Below are positions 10,294-18,679 of a DNA stretch of 64,000 nt, in pieces; the first letter of the stretch is position 1, and every line of letters starts with the position of its first letter. Source of the DNA: Thermoanaerobaculia bacterium (GTDB taxonomy: Bacteria > Acidobacteriota > Thermoanaerobaculia > Multivoradales > Multivoraceae). The stretch spans positions 4,096,001 to 4,160,000 of the forward strand of contig OY762911.1 in NCBI GenBank assembly GCA_963666565.1. The letters run 5' to 3'. Under the pieces are notes generated by a model that worked only from the letters and a program-made list of their open reading frames with translations, had not been told where the DNA came from and made no database searches. Made by a program: the position numbers and the translations under genes.

Positions 10294-10431
10294 GGGTGCG
10301 CGGGTCTTCTGACCCGCTGCCGCCGAAGGCGGCGGTTGGCAGCGCCGCCGGCCTTTGGCCGGCGACCTTGTTGTCCGGGCTGCGCCGCTCCGCGGCTTCG
10401 CCCGCGAGCGGGTCGGAAGACCCGCGCACCC
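10294..10431. repeat. REPIN-like element, family 1 (opposite orientation to the 2676 copy)
   Basis: Terminal inverted REPs with the same internal hairpins in reverse order. Confidence 0.85.
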
Positions 10432-10461
10432 GGCTTCGGATTGGCTAGGGTCTGCACCCGC

Positions 10462-11268
10462 ATGGACCTCTCCTTCCTGCTTCCACGCCTCCGCGCCGAG
10501 TGGCGCAAACGCACCGGCCGCGAGCTCACGGCCGCCGACATCCACCCGCGCTTCCGCAACCGGGAACGGCACTTCCGCGCGCCGCCGATGACGGCGGAGA
10601 TGGTGGCGGCGATCTCCCGCCTCTCGCCCCAGTTTCACCTCGAACCCGGCGAATCGTCGCGGGCTTTCTGGGAGCTGACCCAGAACGGCTCCTGCTGGGG
10701 CGAGTTCGACGCCGTCGAGGCGATCCTCCGCGCCATGCCCCAGCCGGCGAAGGCGCTCGACATCGGCTGCGGCCTCGGCCGCTCGACCGCCTTCTTCCGG
10801 CGCGCCCTCGGCTGGAACGACACCGAGTTCCACCTCTACGACGGCGACGGCCCGCGCATCGACTATCCGCGCAGCGGGGAACGCACCGACCGCTCCTTCT
10901 GCGGCGACCTCACGACGCTGCGCCAGGTGCTGGAGCACAACGAGGTGCCGAACTTCCGCATCCTCGACGCCCACGATCTCGACCACCGCCTGGACGCCCT
11001 GCCAGGCCCCTACGACCTCGTGTACTCCTTCTACGCGGCGGGCTTCCACTGGTCGCTGGCCGACTTCTGGAGCGAGTTCGAGGCCATCTCGCACAGCCGG
11101 ACGGTCGGCATCTTCACGATCCACCGCAACTTCGAGGAGTTCCCGGCGCTACGGAACTGGGCGTTCCGGATCGTCCCCTTCGAGCGCAGCCTGATCAAGG
11201 ACCTGCCGCACCGGCTGCTGATCGCGTCCCGCCACGAAGAGCGCCCGCGCTCCCCGGACACCGGCTGA
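10462..11268 (+). CDS. Class I SAM-dependent methyltransferase
   Basis: C-terminal part of the 1036-aa ORF from ATG 10462; LDIGCGLGRS motif I and YDLVYS motif. Confidence 0.75.
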   Translation: MDLSFLLPRLRAEWRKRTGRELTAADIHPRFRNRERHFRAPPMTAEMVAAISRLSPQFHLEPGESSRAFWELTQNGSCWGEFDAVEAILRAMPQPAKALDIGCGLGRSTAFFRRALGWNDTEFHLYDGDGPRIDYPRSGERTDRSFCGDLTTLRQVLEHNEVPNFRILDAHDLDHRLDALPGPYDLVYSFYAAGFHWSLADFWSEFEAISHSRTVGIFTIHRNFEEFPALRNWAFRIVPFERSLIKDLPHRLLIASRHEERPRSPDTG

Positions 11269-11377
11269 CCGAACCGAGCGTGCTGGTGCGTCGGCCTGCC
11301 GACCAGCCTCCGTGCCGCCCAAGGCGGCAAGGCGCTAGGCTAGGTGCACGCCACAAACAGCCAAGGGAGGGAACGCG

Positions 11378-11785
11378 ATGCTCAACTCGCTCAAGAACTG
11401 CCAGCCCCAGACGTACGCCGCCCTGCGGATCGTCGCCGGCTTCCTGTTTCTCTGGCACGGAGCGCAGAAGCTGCTCGGCTTTCCCCTCCCGACACCCGAA
11501 GTCCCGAGCTTCATCCTCTACATCGCCGGGCCGATCGAGCTGATCGGCGGCGCGCTGATCATGGTCGGTCTGTTCACGCGCCCCGTCGCCTTCCTCGCCA
11601 GCGGCCTGATGGCCTTCGCCTACTTCATCGGCCACGTGTTCCGGCCGGTCGAAGACCCCGGCATCTGGCACTACCTGCTGCCGCTGGTGAACCGCGGCGA
11701 AGCCGCCGCGCTCTTCTGCTTCATCTTCCTCTTCATCGCCGCCAAGGGCAACGGCATGTGCAGCCTCGGCGGCGACGAGGACTGA
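11378..11785 (+). CDS. DoxX family membrane protein
   Basis: LRIVAGFLFLWHGAQKLLG, GLFTRPVAFLASG, NRGEAA motifs; GGAGG RBS. Confidence 0.9.
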   Translation: MLNSLKNCQPQTYAALRIVAGFLFLWHGAQKLLGFPLPTPEVPSFILYIAGPIELIGGALIMVGLFTRPVAFLASGLMAFAYFIGHVFRPVEDPGIWHYLLPLVNRGEAAALFCFIFLFIAAKGNGMCSLGGDED

Positions 11786-11801
11786 AGCAGGCACCAGCGG
11801 T

Positions 11802-12299
11802 CTACTTCTCGCCCGCCGCCGCCAGCACCTTCGCCACGAGCGCCGGTGCCAGCCGGTAACCCGCATCGGAAAGCGCTCGCAGCAACGGACCCACCGCCTT
11901 CAACTCCTGTCGGTTCTTCGCCGCCAGGAGTACGCCGGCCACGCCCGCTACCGGCACTCCTCGGCTGCGAGCGACCCTCCGGCCCCTCGCGCCGTCGATG
12001 AGCAGAAGGCGGGACTGCCGCTGCTCGGCGAGGGCTATCGCTTCCGCTTCACCTTCACCGAGCAGCCCGAGAAGATCCTGAAGACCAGCCCCGTCGCGAG
12101 TAGCCTCGACCACGATCCAGCCGGCGTCCAACGCACCCTCCAAGGTACTCGCTCCAGGGCGGCCAGAGCCGATCGCCAGTTCGCGCTCGACTGCGGGCGG
12201 CACGGCAACCCGTCCGTACAGCCGCCGAAGCAGATCGAGCTCGCCGATCCGCGCAAGCGCGATGAGCGGACCGGTGTCCGCCACAACCGCCCCACTCAC
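11802..12299 (-). CDS. DUF3368-type PIN-domain protein (putative toxin)
   Basis: VVADTGPLIAL, PPAVERE, GEAEAIALA, G..GVLLAAK motifs; overlaps the upstream antitoxin by GTGA. Confidence 0.8.
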   Translation of the reverse strand: MSGAVVADTGPLIALARIGELDLLRRLYGRVAVPPAVERELAIGSGRPGASTLEGALDAGWIVVEATRDGAGLQDLLGLLGEGEAEAIALAEQRQSRLLLIDGARGRRVARSRGVPVAGVAGVLLAAKNRQELKAVGPLLRALSDAGYRLAPALVAKVLAAAGEK

Positions 12300-12628
12300 C
12301 CGGCTGCAGCGATCTCCTGATCCACCTCTTCGGGCGGATAGTCGACCGCGGCGATCCCCGCCTCGCCCAGTAGAGCGAGGAAGTCCTCGGTCATCATCCC
12401 GGCGACCTTGGCGGCCTGGGTGAGGGAGAGATGGCGACGCTCGAACAGATGCAACGCCAGAGCACGGTGGGCGCCGTGGTCGAGAAGACGTTCATCGAAC
12501 GGCACCGCGAGAATCGCCGGCCGCCCATGCTTGGTGACGATCGCGAGCTGGCCCTCCTCAGCGCCTCGCAGCAGTTCCCCCGAACGCTGTCGCAGATCCC
12601 GTACGCTGAAGATACCGAGTGCCGTCAT
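12296..12628 (-). CDS. Phd/YefM-UPF0175 fusion antitoxin
   Basis: N-terminal SVRDLRQRSGELL..IVTKHGRP (Phd) plus C-terminal LFERRHLSLTQAAKVAG (UPF0175 HTH). Confidence 0.8.
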   Translation of the reverse strand: MTALGIFSVRDLRQRSGELLRGAEEGQLAIVTKHGRPAILAVPFDERLLDHGAHRALALHLFERRHLSLTQAAKVAGMMTEDFLALLGEAGIAAVDYPPEEVDQEIAAAG

Positions 12629-12743
12629 TGCCAGCTCGCCGTTGTGCCCACAAACCGTAGCACAAATTGCGGAGCCGGGAACGAACGACTTCGCCAGAGC
12701 GGAGCCGGCCTGACGGCCGGCGCGTTCCCTGGCTGTCTTCGGA

Positions 12744-12937
12744 GGCGGGTCAGAAGACCCGCGAACCCAGCGGCGGGTCAGAAGACCCGCGCACCCAGTG
12801 GCGGGTCGGAAGACCCGCGCACCCAGCGGCGGGTCGGAAGACCCGCGAACCCAGCGGCGGGGCGGAAGACCCGCGAACCCAGCGGCGGGTCAGAAGACCC
12901 GCGCACCCAGCGGCGGGTCGGAAGACCCGCGCACCCA
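12744..12937. repeat. Tandem array of seven 28-bp REP units
   Basis: GGCGGGTCRGAAGACCCGCGMACCCAGC starting at 12744, 12772, 12800, 12828, 12856, 12884 and 12912, with no spacers. Confidence 0.92.
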
Positions 12938-12950
12938 AGGGACCGAGCCC

Positions 12951-13721
12951 TCAGCTCACGGCGAAGATGCCGCCGTCGACCGGGATGGCGGCGCCGGTGA
13001 CGTAGGCCGCGGCGCGGGAGGCCAGGTAGATCGAGACGCCGGCCATGTCTTCCGGCGTGCCGATGCGCTTGCGGGGGTTACGGGCGCGGATCTCGTCGCC
13101 GAACTTCCTGAGGTTGTACTCCATCATCTTGCTCTCGAACGGCCCGGGGCACACCGCGTTGACCGTGATGTCCTCGGGCGCCAGTCGCCGCGCGAGGGCC
13201 CGGGTCAGGTGGATCATGCCGGCCTTGCTGGCGCTGTAGGGATAGTGCTCCTGCGGGTTGACGTGCAGGCCGTCGATCGAGGCGACGTTGATGACCCGCG
13301 CCGGGTCGTCCTCCGTGGCGGCGGCGCGCAGTTCGGGAAGCAGCCGCACAGTGAGGTAGAACGGACCCTTCAGGTTGATGTCCATCACCTTGTCCCAGCC
13401 GGACTCGGGGAACTCCTCGAGCGGCGCTCCCCAGGCGGCGCCGGCGTTGTTGACGAGGATGTGGAGCTGCTCTTCGCGCTCCCGGAACTCGCCGCGGAAG
13501 CGCTCGACGCCCTCGATCGTCGACAGGTCGTTCGGCAGCGAGATGCACTCGCCGTACTCGCTCAGTTCCTCGGCCATCGCGTCGCAGACCGGCGCCTTGC
13601 GCGAACTGATGTAGGTGCGCACGCCGTTCTCCACGTAGCCGCGGGCGATCATCGCGCCGATGCCGCGGGAGCCCCCGGTGACCACCGCCACCTTGCCGGA
13701 CACGTCGAACAGGTTCTTCAT
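12951..13721 (-). CDS. Short-chain dehydrogenase/reductase (RhlG/FabG-like)
   Basis: TGGSRGIG, NNAG and YSASK motifs. Confidence 0.9.
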   Translation of the reverse strand: MKNLFDVSGKVAVVTGGSRGIGAMIARGYVENGVRTYISSRKAPVCDAMAEELSEYGECISLPNDLSTIEGVERFRGEFREREEQLHILVNNAGAAWGAPLEEFPESGWDKVMDINLKGPFYLTVRLLPELRAAATEDDPARVINVASIDGLHVNPQEHYPYSASKAGMIHLTRALARRLAPEDITVNAVCPGPFESKMMEYNLRKFGDEIRARNPRKRIGTPEDMAGVSIYLASRAAAYVTGAAIPVDGGIFAVS

Positions 13722-13723
13722 CG

Positions 13724-15487
13724 CTAACCCCCCACGGTCAGGGCGTCGGTCAGCACGGACCCGGACCGCGCCGCCTGATCCCATAGTCCAAGAGCGATCC
13801 GCTGCCGCCCTTCGGGCAGGCGGATTCTGATCCCCGCGCGATAGTGGCTCTCCAACGCCTCCGCCAGAGCGTCGGCGGGCACCTCGAGCGGCACCTCCAG
13901 ATGCTGCGCCGCGGTCAACTCGTCGTCGTCGTCCATCGCCACGACGACCAGCCGCGTCGCGGAGCGGTGAACGCCGTCGACCTGCACCAGCTCGACGTTG
14001 GCGATCGGAAACTCGATCCACATCTGCACGTCGTACAGGTCCGCGCCCTCGACCGGCATGATCGCGTCGACGTTGACCTCCATCCGGTGCGGGTTGTCGC
14101 TCTCGCCGACGTAGGCGGCCGCCAGCGCCCGCTCCGAGATACGCGAACGGACCCCTTTCTTGACGTAGCTCCGCCGGTAGTCGGCCGAAGCGCCCCTCAC
14201 ACCGCGGACCCGCACCTCGATCGACGTGAACTCGCCCTCGACCTTGTTCGCCGAAGAGAGCCCGAGCGAGTAGTACGACTGCATGCCGCCGACCGCCTGG
14301 GCCAGCACGCCGGTCAGACTCCCGCCGCCGGTGCGGCCGAACCCGCCGGTCCCTTCGGCCAGGTTGTGAAGCGCTTCCCGGCGGTCCGAGACCTCCAGCA
14401 ACGCGCCGCGCCCCCTGGAGCGCCTGGCGCTCGTCGCGGCGTCGCCCGGCGGCGGCTTGGCCGCGAACAGCGTGACGCCGTAGGTGTTCGCCTCGGCCAC
14501 GATCGCCTGAATCGTCCCGGTCGCCCGGTACTGCTCGACCTCCTGCTGCAGGCGGCCGACCTCCATGCTCGCGTCGCGGTCGAAGACGCCGCCCGTACCG
14601 GGCGTGCCGCCCGCCTGACCGCCGCCCGCCCTCTCGACCAGGGCGCCAGCGTCGCTGGCGCCACCGGTGAGCAGATCCTGGACGTGCTCCATCAGAGTGC
14701 CGAGGGGCCGCTCCGCCACGCCGTCCGACACGAAGACCAGCGCCTTGCGGCCCTCGAGCCAGGCGAGCGTGCGCACGAAGTTCCCGAGCGCTTCGAAGCT
14801 GGCCTCCGAATCGTTGTACACCTCGCGAGCGTAGGTCCTCATCTCGCCCAACAGGGCGTCGATCGCGAGGCCCGCGTTCTGGCGGTCGAGCCGGTCGCGG
14901 CTGCGCATCCGGTGGAAGATGTCCGTGACGGAAAGTTGAGCGCTCTGCCGGAGGCCGTCCCTCTGGTCGCCGACCGTTTCCTGACCCTTCAGACCGTTCA
15001 GGGCGGCCCGGATCGACCCCCAGTTCCGGGTGAAGCCCTGGAGCACGCGCGGCTCCTGGTCGTGCGCGGCGACCATGATCCGCACTCGGCGATCCTCGAG
15101 CACCGTCGGCAGGTCGACCTCCAGTTCCGCCAGCGCCCGGTCGCGGTTCGCGGACAGCATGTTGTGCTGATCGAAGTAGAGGACGAGCCAGATCGGCGCG
15201 TTCGCGTCCGGATCTTCCCGGACGACTTCGTAAAAGTTCACCGGTTGGACCCGTTCGTCGTTCTCAAACACCTGGAAGTTGGCGAGCTCGAGCCCGGTGA
15301 CGGGCGCGCCCTGCCGATCGGTGACGTGGACGTCGATGTTGACGACCTCGACGTCGACGGTGTCCTGGATGACCCCGGCGGCGGGCTCAGCCTGTAGCTG
15401 GGCGGCGACGGCCGGCGCCGCGACCAGTAGCGACGCCATGGACCAGAAAGCCAGGGAAAGAGAAACGAGGCTGATTCTGCATCTCAT
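13724..15487 (-). CDS. Secreted VWA-domain protein (Acidobacterial VWFA-related type)
   Basis: Signal peptide; VNIDVHVTD..G.PVTGL...FQVFEN, GRKALVFVSDG, LAEGTGG and SYYSLG motifs. Confidence 0.8.
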   Translation of the reverse strand: MRCRISLVSLSLAFWSMASLLVAAPAVAAQLQAEPAAGVIQDTVDVEVVNIDVHVTDRQGAPVTGLELANFQVFENDERVQPVNFYEVVREDPDANAPIWLVLYFDQHNMLSANRDRALAELEVDLPTVLEDRRVRIMVAAHDQEPRVLQGFTRNWGSIRAALNGLKGQETVGDQRDGLRQSAQLSVTDIFHRMRSRDRLDRQNAGLAIDALLGEMRTYAREVYNDSEASFEALGNFVRTLAWLEGRKALVFVSDGVAERPLGTLMEHVQDLLTGGASDAGALVERAGGGQAGGTPGTGGVFDRDASMEVGRLQQEVEQYRATGTIQAIVAEANTYGVTLFAAKPPPGDAATSARRSRGRGALLEVSDRREALHNLAEGTGGFGRTGGGSLTGVLAQAVGGMQSYYSLGLSSANKVEGEFTSIEVRVRGVRGASADYRRSYVKKGVRSRISERALAAAYVGESDNPHRMEVNVDAIMPVEGADLYDVQMWIEFPIANVELVQVDGVHRSATRLVVVAMDDDDELTAAQHLEVPLEVPADALAEALESHYRAGIRIRLPEGRQRIALGLWDQAARSGSVLTDALTVGG

Positions 15488-17256
15488 GACAGTTCGAACC
15501 CCTCATAGTCGTTGGCAGCGACGGCGTCGCACTTCTCCACGTAGGGAGGAAAACCCAGGTAGGGCATGAACACCCGCGGCTTGCCCGGTACGTTGGCGCC
15601 CAGGTACCAGGAGTTGCAGGTGGGATAGAGGGTCGCGCCGGCGACCTCGCCGACGTGGGCGACCCACTCGTTCTCGGCCTCCGGCGTCGCCTCGATCGCC
15701 GCGTGGCCGCGGTCGCGCATCCAGGCCACGCAGTCGGCAATCCAGTTCACGTGCTGCTCGATCGACGGCAGCATGTTCGAGAGCACGGACGGGCTGCCGG
15801 GGCCGGTGATCGTGAACAGGTTGGGGAATCCCGCGACGCCGAGACCGAGGTAGGCGCGGGGGCCGTCCTCCCACTTGGCGCGCAGGGTCCGTCCGCCGCG
15901 GCCGCGGATGTCGATGCGGGCGAGGGCGCCGGTCATCGCGTCGAAGCCGGTCGCGAAGACGATCGCGTCGAGTTCGTACTCGCGCCCGCCGGTGCGGAGC
16001 CCGGACGCCGTGATTCTCTCGATCGGCGCGGAGCTCACGTCGACCAGCGTCACGTTGGGGCGGTTGAAGGTCTCGAAGTAGCCGCTGTCCAGGCAGATCC
16101 GCTTGCAGCCGATCACGTTGGCCGGGCTCAGCAGGCCGGCGATTTCGGGATCGGCGACGATGCCGCGGATCTTCTCGCGCACGAAGTCGGCGGCGGCGTC
16201 GTTCGCCTCCTGGCTCATCAGCATGTCGGCGAAGGAGGCCATGAATGAGAAGCCGCCGTACTCCCAGCGCTCCTGGAAGCGCCGCCGCCGTTCGTCGGCC
16301 GGAACGTCCGCGAACTCGTCGTGCATCGGGTTCATGTCGGCGCCGAGGCCGGCCGGCATCCGGCTGTTGCGATCCCGGAAGGCGGGGTACTCGACCTTGA
16401 CCTCTGCCTCCCGCTCCCGGTCCATCGCGCCGTTGTGCGCGGGGATCGAATAGTTCGGCGTGCGCTGGAAGACGGTCAGGTGAGCCGCCTCGGCGGCGAT
16501 GACGGGAATCGCCTGGATGGCCGACGATCCGGTGCCGACGATGCCGACCCGGAGGCCGGTGAAGTCGACGCCCTCGTGCGGCCAGGCGCCGGTGTGGTAC
16601 TTCGCGCCCTCGAAGTCGTCGATGCCGGGGAACTCCGGCAGGTTGGCCGCCGACAGGCAGCCGGTGGCCATGACGACGAAGCGGGCGAAAACGGTCTCGT
16701 TCGCGGCGGCGGCGTTGCCGTTGCCGTGGCGGTCGACCGTCTCGTCGGCGGCGCCGTCGCCGTTGCCGTCGCTCGTACGGCTTCCGTCGTGGCCGAACCA
16801 CGCCGCGGCGCGGCGACCGGCACTGGCGTCGCGGCCGTTGCCGTCGCCGGCGCCGGCGAATGGACCGGCCGCGCCCGGCTCCGGCGGCGCGACCTCGACC
16901 CGCCAGCCGGAGTCCCGCTCGTCGAAGTGGGCCGAGACCACGCGACGGTTGAACTCGATGTCCCGCCGCAGGTCGAAGCGGTCCGCCACGTGGTTCGCGT
17001 AGCGCAAGATCTCGGGCTGGCCGGAGTAGCGCTCGCTCCACGACCACTCCTGCTGCAGCTCCTCGGAGAACTGGTACGAGTACTCGAGGCTCTCCACGTC
17101 GCAGCGGGCGCCCGGGTAGCGATTCCAGTACCAGGTGCCGCCCACTCCGCCGCCGGCCTCGAAGACGCGGACGGAGAGGCCCATGCCGCGCAGGCGGTGA
17201 ACCATGTAGAGGCCGGCGAAGCCGGCCCCGACCACGACCACGTCGAACTTCCGCAT
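15484..17256 (-). CDS. Baeyer-Villiger monooxygenase (cyclohexanone monooxygenase family)
   Basis: GAGFAG, GGTWYWNRYPGARCD, FxGxxxHTxxWP fingerprint, GTGSSA. Confidence 0.92.
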   Translation of the reverse strand: MRKFDVVVVGAGFAGLYMVHRLRGMGLSVRVFEAGGGVGGTWYWNRYPGARCDVESLEYSYQFSEELQQEWSWSERYSGQPEILRYANHVADRFDLRRDIEFNRRVVSAHFDERDSGWRVEVAPPEPGAAGPFAGAGDGNGRDASAGRRAAAWFGHDGSRTSDGNGDGAADETVDRHGNGNAAAANETVFARFVVMATGCLSAANLPEFPGIDDFEGAKYHTGAWPHEGVDFTGLRVGIVGTGSSAIQAIPVIAAEAAHLTVFQRTPNYSIPAHNGAMDREREAEVKVEYPAFRDRNSRMPAGLGADMNPMHDEFADVPADERRRRFQERWEYGGFSFMASFADMLMSQEANDAAADFVREKIRGIVADPEIAGLLSPANVIGCKRICLDSGYFETFNRPNVTLVDVSSAPIERITASGLRTGGREYELDAIVFATGFDAMTGALARIDIRGRGGRTLRAKWEDGPRAYLGLGVAGFPNLFTITGPGSPSVLSNMLPSIEQHVNWIADCVAWMRDRGHAAIEATPEAENEWVAHVGEVAGATLYPTCNSWYLGANVPGKPRVFMPYLGFPPYVEKCDAVAANDYEGFELS

Positions 17257-17348
17257 CGAGAGAGAATCGTATGCTACGAAGCGTGGGCGTCGCGGTCCGC
17301 GGCACCCGCGAACTGTCCGCGTGCCCGTCGCCGGGCGCACGGACCACT

Positions 17349-17372
17349 GGGTGCGCGGGTCTTCTGACCCGC
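17349..17372. repeat. Single family-1 REP
   Basis: GGGTGCGCGGGTCTTCTGACCCGC between divergent genes. Confidence 0.8.
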
Positions 17373-17394
17373 TGCCCGCATCCCGACCGCAGCC

Positions 17395-18573
17395 ATGCCC
17401 GCCCTCGACGGACTCCGCATCCTCGACCTGACCCGCATCCTCGCCGGGCCGACCTGCACCCAACTGCTCGGCGACCTCGGCGCGGACGTGATCAAGATCG
17501 AACGCCCCGGCCGCGGCGACGACACGCGCGGCTGGGGTCCGCCCTTCGTCAAGGACGCGAACGGCGAGGACACGAGCGAGAGCGCGTACTACCTGTGCGC
17601 GAACCGCAACAAGCGCTCGGTCGCCGTCGATCTCGCGACCGCCGAGGGCGCCGGCCTGGTGCGCCGGCTCGCCGCCCGCTCGGACGTGCTGATCGAGAAC
17701 TTCAAGGTCGGCGCGCTCGGCCGCTACGGCCTCGGCTACGACGACCTGAAGGACGAGCTGCCGGGACTCGTCTACTGCTCGATCACCGGTTTCGGCCAGA
17801 CCGGACCGAACGCGCACCGCGCCGGCTACGACCTGCTGGCGCAGGGCTACGGCGGCATCATGAGCCTGACCGGGGAGCCCGGCGGCGAGCCGATGAAAGT
17901 CGGCGTCGGCATCGCCGACATCATGTGCGGCATGTACGCGGCCACCGCGATCCTGGCCGCGCTGCGGCACCGCGACCGGACCGGCCGCGGCCAGCACATC
18001 GATGTCGCCCTGGTGGACGCCCAGATGGCCTGGCTGGTCAACGAGGGCTCGAACTACCTGACCTCCGGCGAAGTGCCGGAGCGGCGCGGCAACGAGCACC
18101 CGAACATCGTCCCCTACGGCGTCTTCGAATCCGCCGACGGCCACGTGATCGTCGCGGTCGGCAACGACGCGCAATACGAGCGCTTCTGCGACCTGCTCGG
18201 CGCGCCCGAACTGGCGGCCGACGAGCGCTACCGCACGAACGCCGGCCGGCTCGCCCACCGCGAGGAACTCGTGGCGACTCTGGCTGGCCTGCTCAGGCGG
18301 ATGCCGAGCGCCGAGATCCTCGCCGGCATGGAAGCCCGCGGCGTCCCCGGCGGCCCGATCCACGACCTCGCCGAAGCGCTGGCGTCAGATCAAGCCAAAG
18401 CCCGCGGCATGACGATCGACATGCCGCATCCGCTGGCCGGGAACGGCAACGTCCGGCTGGTGGCCAACCCGATACGGATGTCGGAGACGCCGGTGAGCTA
18501 CCGGCGGTCGCCGCCCGTGTGCGGGGCGGACACGGACGAGGTGATCGCGGAACTGCTGGGCGAAGGCGACTGA
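17395..18573 (+). CDS. CaiB/BaiF family (class III) CoA-transferase
   Basis: LDGLRILDLTRILAGP, GADVIKIE..GDDTR, NRNKRS and GYD motifs. Confidence 0.92.
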   Translation: MPALDGLRILDLTRILAGPTCTQLLGDLGADVIKIERPGRGDDTRGWGPPFVKDANGEDTSESAYYLCANRNKRSVAVDLATAEGAGLVRRLAARSDVLIENFKVGALGRYGLGYDDLKDELPGLVYCSITGFGQTGPNAHRAGYDLLAQGYGGIMSLTGEPGGEPMKVGVGIADIMCGMYAATAILAALRHRDRTGRGQHIDVALVDAQMAWLVNEGSNYLTSGEVPERRGNEHPNIVPYGVFESADGHVIVAVGNDAQYERFCDLLGAPELAADERYRTNAGRLAHREELVATLAGLLRRMPSAEILAGMEARGVPGGPIHDLAEALASDQAKARGMTIDMPHPLAGNGNVRLVANPIRMSETPVSYRRSPPVCGADTDEVIAELLGEGD

Positions 18574-18679
18574 ACGGCGGCGTTCTCTCCCGTGATCTTT
18601 GCGGCGGAGATTGGGTGCGCCGGCCCTCTGGCCAGCATCCGGCGCAAAGCGCCGGCCTGCGGAAGCACTGGCCACGCTA

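Noticed and set aside
8158-11268. Very long ORF-track entries (1036, 959, 1231, 1275, 789 aa and similar) as single proteins
   Set aside because: Their N-terminal parts are Arg/Pro/Gly-rich shadow frames or antisense of real genes in high-GC DNA; only the C-terminal parts carry protein motifs, so starts were reassigned.
12744-12937. Possible CRISPR array (28-bp palindromic repeats)
   Set aside because: Units are directly adjacent with no unique spacers, the same motif is dispersed as a REP, and no cas genes are present.
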